The notes under the pieces were generated by a model that saw only the letters and a program-made list of their open reading frames with translations, had not been told where the DNA came from and ran no database searches. 64,000 bases of DNA, from the NCBI GenBank assembly GCA_013298145.1, contig JAAFJO010000009.1, forward strand, positions 13,783 through 77,782. The letters run 5' to 3'. Within the stretch, counting starts at the first letter, position 1, and the number at the start of each line of letters is the position of its first letter. Positions 1 through 12,923 of this stretch are shown in pieces. Both the position numbers and the translations under genes were made by a program. Source of the DNA: Betaproteobacteria bacterium (GTDB lineage Bacteria; Pseudomonadota; Gammaproteobacteria; Burkholderiales; Casimicrobiaceae).

Positions 1-386
1 ATCTCAATAACCGCCGAATTCGCGTGTCAAAGCAATTGCGGTTGCGCGATTCACTCATCGGCACTGGCTTCCCATTTCGTGATGGCGCTGCGTTTGACGA
101 CTATCTTGTGCAGCTCAAAAATCTGATGCCAAAGTGCGCCGGGTTGCGCCGCCCAGGCGCCGCCGCACTCGATCTTGCCTACGTTGCCGCTGGTTTCTTC
201 GATGGCTTCTGGGAAATGAAGCTCAATCAGTGGGACATGGCAGCCGGTGCACTGTTGATTCAGGAAGCCGGCGGACTCGTCACGGGCATCGATGGCGAAG
301 ATTCATACATGGATAGCGGCTCAATCGTTGCAGCAACGCCCAAAATTTTCCCTGAATTGTTGAAAGTGCTTCAGACTAAAAACTAG
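1..386 (+). CDS. suhB: Inositol monophosphatase family protein (SuhB-like), C-terminal part; the 5' end lies left of the window
   Basis: The frame is open from the window edge to TAG 384-386. The translation ...GAAALDLAYVAAGFFDGFWEMKLNQWDMAAGALLIQEAGGLVTGIDG... is the conserved C-terminal IMPase/SuhB core. Confidence 0.85.
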   Translation, partial: LNNRRIRVSKQLRLRDSLIGTGFPFRDGAAFDDYLVQLKNLMPKCAGLRRPGAAALDLAYVAAGFFDGFWEMKLNQWDMAAGALLIQEAGGLVTGIDGEDSYMDSGSIVAATPKIFPELLKVLQTKN

Positions 387-632
387 CGCAGCCCAAGCGG
401 AGAGCGTTGCCAGCAGTTCCAACGACACGGCCCCTCTGCGAAGGCGTTGGGCTGTGTGCAAAGACGCAAGTTGCCCCCCCCTTTTATTCCGCTTTCATCA
501 CGCAGCGTTACACATGACGAAAATGTTGGATAAGCAGGTCCGTGTCACGATTTTTCTCCGCCGAAGCGCGAGAGGGAGCCGCGTAGTAGGAGTGCGTTGC
601 AAAAGCGCAGCATTCGTTGCGGAGAGTTCGGC

Positions 633-3227
633 ATGAAAGCGCCCACCCCCATGATGCAGCAATATCTGGCGCTCAAAGCTGAGCATCCAGATAAGCTCGT
701 TCTGTATCGCATGGGCGATTTCTACGAGCTCTTCTACGACGACGCAAAAAAGGCGGCAAAGCTCCTCGACATCACGCTCACGCAACGCGGCGAAAGCGAA
801 GGCACGCCGATTCCCCTCGCAGGCATTCCGTTTCACGCGCTTGATGGCTATCTCGTAAAGCTCGTGCGCGCAGGGGAAACCGTCGCCATCGTTGAGCAAG
901 TGGGCATCCCAGGGCAAAGCAAAGGCCCGGTCGAGAGAAAACTCTCACGTATCGTCACGCCAGGCACCGTCACCGATGCAAACCTGGTCGACGCCCGAAA
1001 AGACACGCTCCTCGCTTCTATCGTGATCGAAGGCGCACGAGCGGGTGTCGCTATCGTAAACGCCGCGAACGGAACGTTAGCACTTCGCGATCTGCAGCTG
1101 AGCGAACTCGCCGCATACCTGCAGCGAAAAGATCCGGCAGAGTTCGTTTGCTCCGAGTCAGCGCAACACGAATTGCGCGAGCTCGTTGCGGGGAGCACCA
1201 CGTTGCAGGCGTTTACGCTGCGCGCGCGGCCCGAGTACGAGTTCACAAGTGTGCGGGCCACCGAAGAGCTCACCCAAGCCCTTGGAACAACCACGCTTAG
1301 CCACCTTGACATTGAACGCGTGCCACTCGCGTTCGTCGCGAGTGGCGCAGCGCTTGCATTCACACGGCTCGTCAACGGTGGAACTCGACTTCCCATTTCA
1401 ACCGTTAACGTCGAGCGGGCGAGTGAATCGCTTGAAATGGACGCCTCGACGCTCAGAAATCTAGAGATCGTACAAACGCTTTCCGGCGCAGACTCGCCAA
1501 CCCTTCTTTCGCTATTGGATCGGTGCGAAACCGCGGCCGGTTCGCGCTTACTGCGCGCCCTGCTGACTGAACCGCCACGCGATCAAGCGCGCGCGGCCGC
1601 GCGACACGATGCCGTTCAAGCGCTCGAAAGAAACGCGGCAGCGGCGACAAGCATCGACTATCGCGCCGTGCAAGACAAACTGCGCGGCCTGTCCGATATC
1701 GAACGTATTGCCACGCGAATCGCAATCGCAAGCGTTCGTCCGCGTGAACTCACCGGCCTGCGCGGAACGCTTGCGACGCTGCCCTCGCTCTCAACGCTGC
1801 TGACCGCTTCGGCAAACCCGTTGCTGGCCGCGATTGCGAGTGCTATTTCGATTGAACCTAGTTGGCACCAGCTGCTGACACACGCGGTAGCGGATGAGCC
1901 TGCGCTCAACGTGCGTGATGGCGGCGTGATCGCAACAGGTTTCAACGCTGAGCTTGATGAGTTGCGCGCGATCCAAACCGATAGCGGTGCATTTCTCGCG
2001 CAAATGGAAATTGCAGAGCGGGCACGCACTGGTATCCCAAATCTACGCGTCGAATACAACAAGGTTCACGGCTTCTACATCGAGATCACGAGCAGTTATC
2101 TCAACCAAGTGCCTGTTGAATACAAGCGGCGTCAGACGCTGAAAAATTGCGAGCGCTACATCACGCCTGAACTAAAGGCGTTTGAAGATAAAGCGCTCGC
2201 CGCAAATGATCGCTCACTCGCGCTTGAGAAGCGCTTGTATGACGAACTTCTGCTCGCGCTTGCGCCTGCGTGTGACGCGCTTCGGCGTGCGGGTGCGGCG
2301 CTGGCTGAACTCGATGTACTTTCAAATTTCGCAGAACGTGCGGAGAGTTTGAAGCTCGTACGCCCAACCTTCACGACTCTGCCAAGCCTCGACCTCACCG
2401 GCGCACGCCATCCAGTGATTGAATCACTCGTCGATCAATTCATCCCGAATGACCTGCGGCTTGATGCAAAGCGATCCTGCGTCGTGCTCACCGGCCCGAA
2501 CATGGGCGGTAAAAGCACGTTCATGCGTCAAGCGGCGCTGGCGGTTGTCATGGCATTTTCGGGAGGATTTGTTGCTGCCAGCACCGCAACGATTGGCCCG
2601 ATTGATCGCGTGCTCACCCGCATCGGTGCAAGCGACGATCTCGCGTCGGGACGCTCCACCTTCATGGTGGAGATGACCGAGGCCGCAGCAATCCTTCAAC
2701 GTGCCACACCAAATTCGCTAGTGATCGTAGATGAAATTGGTCGCGGAACATCCACGTTCGATGGGCTCGCGCTCGCAACCGCCATTGCGCGGCGCTTAAT
2801 CGCAAAAGCGCGAAGTCTGACGTTGTTTGCGACGCACTACTTCGAGCTCACCGAGCTCGCAAATGAATTCGCAAGCTGTGTAAATCACCACGTGAGCGTC
2901 GTGGAACACGGCGATCGCGTCGTTTTTCTCCACGAAGTAAAGGCGGGCCCAGCGAGCCGGAGCTACGGGATTGATGTGGCGAAGCTCGCGGGACTTCCGG
3001 CAGAGGTAATTCGCGACGCGCGGCGCGAGCTGGAGCGACTAGAGAAAGAGCGGACTCAACAACTCCCACAAGCGGATCTCTTCGCGGAAGGCGCCACGCC
3101 CTTTGCGGAAGCCACCCATGAGTCTCCGCTTTTAGACTCGATCAAGAATATCGATATCGATGCTTTGAGCCCGCGAGACGCGCATGCGAAGCTGGCGCAA
3201 TTGATCGAGGCAGCAAGAAAAGCCTAA
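633..3227 (+). CDS. mutS: DNA mismatch repair protein MutS
   Basis: Long ORF 597-3227. I refined the start to ATG 633 ([12 protein letters not shown]...) with GGAGAG about 7 nt upstream. It has the MutS N-terminal mismatch-binding motif, Walker [10 protein letters not shown] and STFMVEM. Confidence 0.97.
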   Translation: MKAPTPMMQQYLALKAEHPDKLVLYRMGDFYELFYDDAKKAAKLLDITLTQRGESEGTPIPLAGIPFHALDGYLVKLVRAGETVAIVEQVGIPGQSKGPVERKLSRIVTPGTVTDANLVDARKDTLLASIVIEGARAGVAIVNAANGTLALRDLQLSELAAYLQRKDPAEFVCSESAQHELRELVAGSTTLQAFTLRARPEYEFTSVRATEELTQALGTTTLSHLDIERVPLAFVASGAALAFTRLVNGGTRLPISTVNVERASESLEMDASTLRNLEIVQTLSGADSPTLLSLLDRCETAAGSRLLRALLTEPPRDQARAAARHDAVQALERNAAAATSIDYRAVQDKLRGLSDIERIATRIAIASVRPRELTGLRGTLATLPSLSTLLTASANPLLAAIASAISIEPSWHQLLTHAVADEPALNVRDGGVIATGFNAELDELRAIQTDSGAFLAQMEIAERARTGIPNLRVEYNKVHGFYIEITSSYLNQVPVEYKRRQTLKNCERYITPELKAFEDKALAANDRSLALEKRLYDELLLALAPACDALRRAGAALAELDVLSNFAERAESLKLVRPTFTTLPSLDLTGARHPVIESLVDQFIPNDLRLDAKRSCVVLTGPNMGGKSTFMRQAALAVVMAFSGGFVAASTATIGPIDRVLTRIGASDDLASGRSTFMVEMTEAAAILQRATPNSLVIVDEIGRGTSTFDGLALATAIARRLIAKARSLTLFATHYFELTELANEFASCVNHHVSVVEHGDRVVFLHEVKAGPASRSYGIDVAKLAGLPAEVIRDARRELERLEKERTQQLPQADLFAEGATPFAEATHESPLLDSIKNIDIDALSPRDAHAKLAQLIEAARKA

Positions 3228-3279
3228 GCCCAACATTGTCCTCTTGAGACACGCCCCCGCGGCGACGAAGCCCAATATG

Positions 3280-3309
3280 AAAAGAGCCGCATATGCGGCT
3301 CTTTTTTTT
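3280..3309 (+). terminator. Rho-independent terminator after mutS, possibly bidirectional with the convergent gene
   Basis: Stem AGAGCCGC, loop ATAT, stem GCGGCTCT, followed by T8. An A-run sits on the other side, so it could also serve the convergent minus-strand gene ending at 3408. Confidence 0.75.
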
Positions 3310-3407
3310 GGGTGTTCAAAAAGCTTCAGCTGAAATTCATCGCCGAACCGAAACCGCCGCGCTTCCAAACCTAGGTAGCGCGGCGTCCGGCTTGTTTGAA
3401 CGAGACG

Positions 3408-4448
3408 TTACTTCCAACCCACGCGATTCACGATTTCCTGGGCTTGGCGTTGGTTCTTGCCCAGTGCAATCATGTTGATCGGGTCAGGCTTGAATTTTCC
3501 GAGTGAATCAAGCTCCGCGTTCTTGAAATCCGCTGTCTGTGCGGTAGGCCACTCGTTGTTGCCGTTGGCGAAGTAAGCCTGCGCTTGATCGCTTGTGAGG
3601 TATTCAAGGAATTTGATCGCGTTTTCTTTGTTCGGCGCATTCTTGAGCATGCCGCCGCCAGATACGTTCATGTGAACGCCACGGCTCGCCGAATTCGGCC
3701 AGATCACGCCAACACGTTCAACCACCGCACGATCCTCTGGCTTATCGGACTTCATAAGGCGCGCGAAGTAATAGGTGTTGCTCAGGCCCAAAGCGCATTC
3801 GCCGGCTGCAACCGCGCGGATTTGATCCGTGTCGCCACCTTTTGGCTGGCGTGCAAGATTTGCGTTTACACCCTTCGCCCATTCTTCCGCTTTGGCTGCA
3901 CCGTTGTGCTCAATGATCGATGAGAGGAGTGAGAGCATGTAGACGTGCGAGCCGGAGCGGGTACAAACTTGGCCTTTCCACTTTGGATTGGCAAGATCTT
4001 CATAGCTTGAAAGATCAGTTGGTTTGACTTTTGTCTTGTCGTAAACGATCACGCGTGCACGGGTAGAGAATCCGTACCACGTGCCGCTCGCTAAGCGATA
4101 TGCGGCAGGAACTCGATCATTCAACACCTTGGAATTGATCGATGCAAACAGGCCCTCTTGGTCAGCGATCCAAAGGCGACCTGCATCGACTGTCAAGAAC
4201 ACATCGGCAGGAGAATTCGCACCCTCGGCCTTGATCCGCTGAAGCAGTGCATCCTCGCCCGCTTCGATCCGATTGATCTTGATACCGGTTTGCTTGGTGA
4301 AGTTGTTGTAGAGCGCTTCGTCGGTGTTGTAATGACGCGCGCTGTAGAGATTTAATACCTTTTCTTGGGCGATGCCGGTATGCGCAGCCGTCATCGCGGC
4401 GATCGCAACCAAGCACGCGGCAACTTTTTTCAGGTAAGAGATGAACAT
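3408..4448 (-). CDS. Fe(3+) ABC transporter periplasmic substrate-binding protein (FbpA/AfuA-like)
   Basis: 346 aa with ATG start and a signal peptide (MFISYLKKVAACLVAIAAMTAAHTGIAQE). VLNLYSARHYNTDEALYNNFTKQTGIKIN...VFLTVDAGRLW is typical of ferric-iron binding proteins. No permease or ATPase gene is adjacent. Confidence 0.85.
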   Translation of the reverse strand: MFISYLKKVAACLVAIAAMTAAHTGIAQEKVLNLYSARHYNTDEALYNNFTKQTGIKINRIEAGEDALLQRIKAEGANSPADVFLTVDAGRLWIADQEGLFASINSKVLNDRVPAAYRLASGTWYGFSTRARVIVYDKTKVKPTDLSSYEDLANPKWKGQVCTRSGSHVYMLSLLSSIIEHNGAAKAEEWAKGVNANLARQPKGGDTDQIRAVAAGECALGLSNTYYFARLMKSDKPEDRAVVERVGVIWPNSASRGVHMNVSGGGMLKNAPNKENAIKFLEYLTSDQAQAYFANGNNEWPTAQTADFKNAELDSLGKFKPDPINMIALGKNQRQAQEIVNRVGWK

Positions 4449-4501
4449 GAAATTTCTCGCTTGCGGAACAACCGCGAGTTGTCACTGGAAACCGGAGTAT
4501 A

Positions 4502-4528
4502 CACAAATACGAACGATTCGCGTTTGTG
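4502..4528. promoter_or_regulatory. 27-bp imperfect palindrome upstream of the iron-binding protein gene; possible Fur-type operator
   Basis: CACAAATACGAACGATTCGCGTTTGTG has 10 of 13 symmetric pairs and lies 54-80 nt upstream of the ATG at 4448. Its match to the classical Fur box is only partial. Confidence 0.3.
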
Positions 4529-4662
4529 TTTTTGTAGCGCGATTGACGCGGCTCACACTACAGGCACATCCTCATTTCTGCGGGCCCCAACGTAAATTCG
4601 CGAGAAAGTTGATCACACTTAGGTAAGCTCGCTAGCCCAATTGAAGTGAGCGGCGTGGAGCT

Positions 4663-5520
4663 TTAGCTGTAATCCGATAGACGACCGCTCAGCTCGGAAA
4701 TTCGGTAAAGCGCCAAAGCACCGGCGGTCGCGACATTGAGCGATTCCACGCCCGGCGCCATGGGGATTTGCAGCGAGTGCGTGATCTGTGGATAAAGCGC
4801 CTTCGAGAGCCCCGCCCCTTCATTTGATAGCACGAGCACATTGTTAAGACCTGTCGCGAGGTCAAACAAGCTCGTCGACTCTACGCTTGGCTCCATCCCA
4901 GGCAGCGCACGAGGCAATGTCGCCCAACGTGCGCCACGGAAATTAGAAAGCGCGACCGAGAGATCGACCGATTCGATAATTTCTACCGCAAAGTGCGCCC
5001 CTTGCGATGCGCGAAGTGTCTTCGTGCTCCAAGCGAACGCAGAGCCCGACGAAAGCCAAATTTGATCTGCGCGCGCGGCGACGGCAGTACGAATCAGCGT
5101 TCCCACATTGCCAGGGTCTTGAACGGCGTCTAGCGCAAGTACAAATCCGTCGCTGCGTGGCGCAGCGCTCGCAGGCACGGTTGCGAGCGCGAGCAAGCTG
5201 GTCGGCGTAGATAGCGTCGAGACTTGATCGAAGAGTGAGGTAGAGAGCACGATGAGCTCTTGTGCGCTTGCAAGTAATGCTGCGTGGTCAGCTGGAAGCG
5301 CGTGCTCGGGTGTGCCAACTAATACGCTCGCTGCGAAGTTTGATCCTTCACGGAAAACGAGTTGTGAAAGCGTTCGTCCTGCGGCAATGTAGCTCAGCGC
5401 GAGGTGTTCGCCCTCAAGCAAGCAGTAACCGCCGCTGCGGCGCGCGGATGCTGATTTAGTTAGCTCGGAGAGACGCTTGACGATCGCGTTATCGCGCGAC
5501 GTAATGTGCTTAAAGCGCAT
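4663..5520 (-). CDS. TrmH/SpoU-family RNA 2'-O-methyltransferase
   Basis: 285 aa with ATG start. The C-terminal SpoU methylase motifs are present (LDAVQDPGNVGTLIRTA, LVLSNEGAGLS, IPMAPGVESLNVATA). Confidence 0.85.
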   Translation of the reverse strand: MRFKHITSRDNAIVKRLSELTKSASARRSGGYCLLEGEHLALSYIAAGRTLSQLVFREGSNFAASVLVGTPEHALPADHAALLASAQELIVLSTSLFDQVSTLSTPTSLLALATVPASAAPRSDGFVLALDAVQDPGNVGTLIRTAVAARADQIWLSSGSAFAWSTKTLRASQGAHFAVEIIESVDLSVALSNFRGARWATLPRALPGMEPSVESTSLFDLATGLNNVLVLSNEGAGLSKALYPQITHSLQIPMAPGVESLNVATAGALALYRISELSGRLSDYS

Positions 5521-5527
5521 GGGCGCG

Positions 5528-5845
5528 CTACTTCTTCGGTGCGTCGGCGGCCGGCGCGGGAGGAACAGTGCGCTCTTTCACCTGAATGAGCGTTTCGCCT
5601 TTTTTCACCATGCCGAGTTCGCTTCGTGCGCGCTCTTCGATCGCTTCGCCTGCTTTCTCTAGATCCTTCACGTCTGCGTCTAGTCGCGCGTTCGCTTGTC
5701 GCGCCTGGTCATTTTTAGACTTTACTTCCCGCAACTCACCTTCGAGCGCATGAGCGCGTGGGATCGATCCTTTGTCGAACCAAAGCTTGTACTGTAGTAA
5801 AAGAAACGCACCAACGAGCAGCGCGAAAACAATTCGACCCTTCAT
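5528..5845 (-). CDS. ftsB: Cell division protein FtsB (septum formation initiator)
   Basis: The ORF runs 5528-5884 with a TTG at 5884. I prefer ATG 5845 (MKGRIVFALLVGAFLLLQYKLWF...) with AAGGGAAG about 10 nt upstream. The product has a single TM helix plus a coiled coil and sits immediately downstream of eno, as in many proteobacteria. Confidence 0.85.
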   Translation of the reverse strand: MKGRIVFALLVGAFLLLQYKLWFDKGSIPRAHALEGELREVKSKNDQARQANARLDADVKDLEKAGEAIEERARSELGMVKKGETLIQVKERTVPPAPAADAPKK

Positions 5846-5894
5846 ACTCGTTGGACTTCCCTTAATAGTCACCGTTGCGGACAAGCGCGATCAG

Positions 5895-7208
<1,314 letters not shown>

Positions 7209-7408
7209 CTAGATATTTGACGCGGACAACTCGCCATACGACTGAGCGTCCGAATCGACAATTTTCCCGCGCCAACTCGCCGCGACTTGCGCACCCGACC
7301 GAGTAGCGGCATTTACTCTCACTGACGTAGCGATCAACCCGAAAGCTATTGGCACGCCAGCCGTGCCGCTTTGCCGAGCGCTACGCCTCATGCACGCATT
7401 TCGGCAAA

Positions 7409-7618
7409 CTACTTTTTCGCCTCGCGCAGACCAAACACGACACCGCCTACGACGAACCCAAGAAACGCTGACGCTGTGACAACTGCCGCCCATCCGAGCA
7501 ACCAACAAAACAGGTGATCCAAACCGATACCGCAGACTCGGTCGAGAATTGCATTACCGAGATACCAAGTGGCAACGGCAACCGCGATACCGACCACGAC
7601 ACCGATGACCGCGTTCAC
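7409..7618 (-). CDS. Small two-TM membrane protein, function unknown
   Basis: 69 aa and very hydrophobic, with two predicted helices. Its start overlaps the stop of the upstream DUF1330 gene by 4 nt, which suggests co-translation. I recognised no family. Confidence 0.45.
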   Translation of the reverse strand: MNAVIGVVVGIAVAVATWYLGNAILDRVCGIGLDHLFCWLLGWAAVVTASAFLGFVVGGVVFGLREAKK

Positions 7619-7902
7619 AGACCATCCACCACAATCATCGAGAACTCAGCCGCGCCTTCGCGTTCCTTGCGTGCCTTGGTGTACTCCACCGAGTCATAAA
7701 ACTTCTTAGCCGCCTCTCGCGACGGAAACTCGACAACGACGACGCGCTGCCGTGGCCACTCGCCTTCGAGGATTTCGGGATTCCCGCCTCGAACCACAAA
7801 TTTCCCGCCGTGCGCAGCAATAGCACCCGGGCTCAAGGCCATGTAATCCTTGTATTTTTCAGGATTCGTAACGTTTACTGAAGCAATGACAAATGCGGGC
7901 AT
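7615..7902 (-). CDS. DUF1330-family protein
   Basis: 95 aa, MPAFVIASVNVTNPEKYKDYMALSPGAIAAHGGKFVVRGG...VVVEFPSREAAKKFYDS.EY matches my memory of DUF1330. It lies between kdsA and eno, as in Burkholderia-type synteny. Confidence 0.8.
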   Translation of the reverse strand: MPAFVIASVNVTNPEKYKDYMALSPGAIAAHGGKFVVRGGNPEILEGEWPRQRVVVVEFPSREAAKKFYDSVEYTKARKEREGAAEFSMIVVDGL

Positions 7903-7923
7903 AGTCCTAGCTCTCTCAGGCGA

Positions 7924-8781
7924 TCAGAGTCGATGTTCGCCAGTGAGCTCGTGCTCGACGAAACCGTTTCGCTTCACGATCAAATCAATTTCCTTCAACT
8001 GAGCCAATAGCGCTTTCATGCGCGGCAACGGCCACGCGTTCGGACCATCGGAAAGCGCTTTATCCGGCGACGGATGCGTTTCCATGAAGAGCCCCGCCAC
8101 GCCGACCGCCGTTGCTGCACGTGCCAGCACGGGCACAAATTCACGCTGACCGCCACTCGACGTGCCCTGCCCGCCAGGCAATTGCACCGAGTGGGTAACG
8201 TCCATCACGACCGGGCAACCCGTTTCGCGCATGATCGCGAGCGAACGCATGTCGCTCACCAAATTGTTGTAGCCAAACGAAACGCCGCGTTCGCAAACCA
8301 TGATCGTGTCTTTGCCGCCGTTGGCGTCTTTGGCCTTCTGGGCGACGTTTTTCATGTCGCCTGGCGCTAAAAACTGGCCCTTTTTGATGTTCACCGGTTT
8401 GCCAGTGGCGGCAACAGCGTGAATGAAATCAGTCTGGCGGCAGAGAAACGCGGGCGTCTGCAGCACATCCACCGCGTCGCAGACTTCGTCGAGCCCGTCG
8501 ATTTCATGGACGTCCGTTAACACAGGCACTTTGATCTGGCGCTTCACTTCGGAAAGGATGCGCAATCCCTCTTTCATACCAGGGCCGCGAAACGATTTGC
8601 CGCTCGAACGATTCGCCTTATCGAAGCTTGATTTGAAAATGAAAGGAATACCCAACTCGCGCGTCATGTCGGCAAGCGTACCCGCTGTATCGATCTGTAG
8701 TTGTTCGCTTTCGACCACGCAGGGCCCAGCGATCAGAAAAAAGGGTCGATCAAGTCCGACCTCAAAACCGCAGAGATTCAT
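7924..8781 (-). CDS. kdsA: 3-deoxy-8-phosphooctulonate synthase (KDO-8-P synthase)
   Basis: The start is refined to ATG 8781 ([27 protein letters not shown]...) with GGAG 8 nt upstream. The sequence is canonical KdsA throughout. Confidence 0.95.
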   Translation of the reverse strand: MNLCGFEVGLDRPFFLIAGPCVVESEQLQIDTAGTLADMTRELGIPFIFKSSFDKANRSSGKSFRGPGMKEGLRILSEVKRQIKVPVLTDVHEIDGLDEVCDAVDVLQTPAFLCRQTDFIHAVAATGKPVNIKKGQFLAPGDMKNVAQKAKDANGGKDTIMVCERGVSFGYNNLVSDMRSLAIMRETGCPVVMDVTHSVQLPGGQGTSSGGQREFVPVLARAATAVGVAGLFMETHPSPDKALSDGPNAWPLPRMKALLAQLKEIDLIVKRNGFVEHELTGEHRL

Positions 8782-8818
8782 ATTAGTTACTCCGGGAGGC
8801 AAAAGCCTCGCACTTCAT

Positions 8819-8927
8819 GTCATCCCCGCGAAGGCGGGGACCCAGCCCCTGAAACGTTTCAAGGAATGCAATCGTCGCTGCGAAGTTGTACCTGCCCGGT
8901 CTGGGTCCCCGCCTCCGCGGGGATGAC
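8819..8927. repeat. REP/MITE-like nested palindromic element in the pyrG-kdsA spacer
   Basis: Two 27-nt arms, GTCATCCCCGCGAAGGCGGGGACCCAG (8819-8845) and CTGGGTCCCCGCCTCCGCGGGGATGAC (8901-8927), are inverted repeats matching at 26 of 27 positions. Each arm also contains its own CCCCGC-N4-GCGGGG hairpin. Confidence 0.7.
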
Positions 8928-8937
8928 AGATAAATTT

Positions 8938-10605
<1,668 letters not shown>

Positions 10606-10788
10606 CTAATGGGTTCGGCGCGGCCTTGACCAATCGTGTCGACGACGGAATGTAGCTCGAGCGGACCAACGTCAATGCGAATGCGGGTTCTGCGTGAGCG
10701 ACCTTGCGTTTGAATGAACCGACGAATGCGGCCCGGCACAGGCTTCGTCGATAATCATTGCAGGCTATCCACCGTAAAGAGACTTCGT

Positions 10789-11841
10789 ATGACCTCCCTC
10801 GCGTCACTCAAAAGCAAGCAAGTTCGCCTGATTAAGCGCCCGATTGGCGTTGCAACGGCCGATGTTTGGCAATTTACCGAGGAAGCCGTGGCTGATCCCG
10901 GGCCGGGCGGTATCGTCGTCAAAACGCTTGCGCTCTCGATCGATCCGGCAATGCGGGGTTGGATGAACGAAGGCAAGAGCTACATCCCGCCCGTCGAGCT
11001 GGGTGCAGTAATGCGTGCAGGCGGGATCGGCCGGGTCGTTGAGTCTCACAACGACAATTACAAGGAAGGCGATATCGTGATCGGTGGGCTCGATGTCCAA
11101 GAATACGCGTCATTTCCAGAGAAAAGTATTAAACGCAGCGGGATCACCAAGGTTGATCTTCGCGCGGGAAGCGAAACCCAGTGGCTCAACGTGCTTGGCA
11201 TGCCGGGCATGACAGGCTACTTTGGCCTGATGGATGTCGGCCAGCCGAATTTGACGAAACAAGGCGAAACGGTTGTGGTCTCCGGCGCAGCGGGTGCGGT
11301 CGGCCAAACGGTCGGGCAATTGGCAAAGATCAAGGGCTGCCGAGTGGTGGGCATTGCGGGCGGCAAAGAAAAGTGCGATTGGGTCGTGAAGGAGCTCGGT
11401 TTCGACGCGTGCATCGATTACAAAGCCTCGCCCTCTTCCGTCAAAGCGGGCTTAAAGCAACACTGCCCGGAAGGTGTCGACGTGTACTTCGATAACGTCG
11501 GCGGCGAAATTCTCGACACGGTTCTCACCCGAATCAACAAGAAAGCACGAATCATCATTTGCGGCGCGATCTCGCAATACAACAACACAACCGCGGTAAA
11601 TGGCCCGAAGAATTACCTCTCGCTACTCGTCAATCGCGCTCGAATGGAAGGCATCGTCGTGTTTGATTATGCGGATCGCTATCACTTGGCCGTCACCGAG
11701 ATGGCCGGGTACCTGCGCGATGGCAAGATGAAATCCAAAGAAGACGTCGTCACCGGGATCGAGAAATTTCCGGAAGCGTTGAACATGCTGTTTGAAGGCA
11801 AAAACTTCGGGAAGCTCGTGCTACGCGTCGCGAGCGCATAA
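10789..11841 (+). CDS. NADP-dependent oxidoreductase, medium-chain dehydrogenase/reductase family (YncB/CurA, alkenal reductase-like)
   Basis: The start is refined to ATG 10789 (MTSLASLKSKQVRLIKRPIG...). It has the nucleotide-binding motif VVVSGAAGAVGQTVGQLAKIKG and a C-terminal FGKLVLRV typical of this subfamily. Confidence 0.85.
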   Translation: MTSLASLKSKQVRLIKRPIGVATADVWQFTEEAVADPGPGGIVVKTLALSIDPAMRGWMNEGKSYIPPVELGAVMRAGGIGRVVESHNDNYKEGDIVIGGLDVQEYASFPEKSIKRSGITKVDLRAGSETQWLNVLGMPGMTGYFGLMDVGQPNLTKQGETVVVSGAAGAVGQTVGQLAKIKGCRVVGIAGGKEKCDWVVKELGFDACIDYKASPSSVKAGLKQHCPEGVDVYFDNVGGEILDTVLTRINKKARIIICGAISQYNNTTAVNGPKNYLSLLVNRARMEGIVVFDYADRYHLAVTEMAGYLRDGKMKSKEDVVTGIEKFPEALNMLFEGKNFGKLVLRVASA

Positions 11842-12104
11842 TCTGAAAGATAAGGGCTCAGACACGATTCGTTTTATTTTTAAAGGGCTGGCGGCGATGT
11901 TTGTATGTAGTCGCGATAGGCGTTTTACGCCGCTGCCCCCACATGAAGAGGGGTTAGGTCTATTTTTTTGATTGCCGTCCGCACTCGTGTGTATCGCCTC
12001 GCTCCGCAGAGCCTCAACAGTAAGCTATAGCGGAGCTCCGCGTCGGAAACTGGCGCAAACGAAAGCGTCCACGGATTCGTACCTGATCGGCTCCGCCGCT
12101 CCGA

Positions 12105-12794
12105 CTAATCTTCTTCGCCGTTGAGTACATCAAGCGTACGCGAGTGAAATTCCATGCGGTAGAGCATGATCGTGACCACTGCTGTTCCGACAATGAAGAA
12201 AAGCGGCTGTACAAACCAGAGTAGTGCAGCAAGTGCGAAGTAATACGCGCGCAAGCCCTGACCGAAGTTCTCTCCGGCGAGTTTCATAATCCCCGCTGCG
12301 CGCGATGCAATGCTCTGATCATGTTCATCGAGCGCAGTGTTTGGCGATATCGATCCGACCAAAATCGTGACGAAATTGAATTGCCGCACGGACCAGGTGA
12401 ATTTCACCAATGCGTAAATGAAGAGCAGAATCAGAAGCACGATCTTCGCTTCAAGAAGCTGCTGCGATGTGCGCTGCGCGAACGGCAGGTTCTCAAACAC
12501 TTCCACGCTTTTCTCGACCGAGCCAAAGAGCGCGAGCAAGCCACCCAAGACGAGAATCGTGGTGGACGAGAAAAACGTTGCGCTGTGAAGCAAGTTTGAA
12601 ACGAGCGCGGAGTCGACGATGCGATTTTCTCGGGTCAGCGTCTGCTGAAACCATCGCTCACGAAACGGGTTCATCACCGTGAGCAAACTCGGCCGATCAT
12701 TGGCGTGGCGTTTGGCGAACCAGTCGTAACCGAACCAGCACGCAACGAAGACGAGAAACGCGATCAAATCAAGATGAGAGTATTGGAGCTTCAT
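12105..12794 (-). CDS. DUF599-family integral membrane protein
   Basis: 229 aa with ATG start and several TM helices. The N-terminus (LDLIAFLVFVACWFGYDWF...RPSL) resembles my memory of DUF599. Confidence 0.65.
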   Translation of the reverse strand: MKLQYSHLDLIAFLVFVACWFGYDWFAKRHANDRPSLLTVMNPFRERWFQQTLTRENRIVDSALVSNLLHSATFFSSTTILVLGGLLALFGSVEKSVEVFENLPFAQRTSQQLLEAKIVLLILLFIYALVKFTWSVRQFNFVTILVGSISPNTALDEHDQSIASRAAGIMKLAGENFGQGLRAYYFALAALLWFVQPLFFIVGTAVVTIMLYRMEFHSRTLDVLNGEED

Positions 12795-12923
12795 TCGTTC
12801 CGACGGTAGGCGCGGGCGTGACCGCGCTCTTCACACGCGATGGGTTTCAGAGCGCGGAGCGCGGTCAAGCCCGCGCCTACACCCTGCAAATATTCTGTCG
12901 CGCGCTGCATCACGAGCGCGCGC

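Noticed and set aside
848-1396. Long ORFs antisense to, or out of frame with, well-supported genes. Examples are 848-1396, 9796-10482, 13269-14141, 15720-16295, 22750-23544, 34493-35353, 41533-42216 and 56809-57429.
   Set aside because: They lie entirely inside strongly supported conserved genes (mutS, pyrG, glmM, ALAS, nagB-II, U32, M14 peptidase, the large secreted protein). Their Arg/Ala/Pro-rich, low-complexity translations are typical of shadow ORFs in GC-rich DNA, and none resembles a known family.
7209-7508. 99-codon minus-strand ORF in the eno upstream region.
   Set aside because: It has an Arg/Cys-rich composition, no ribosome-binding site that I can see, and no family resemblance. 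It also overlaps the better-supported small membrane protein gene.
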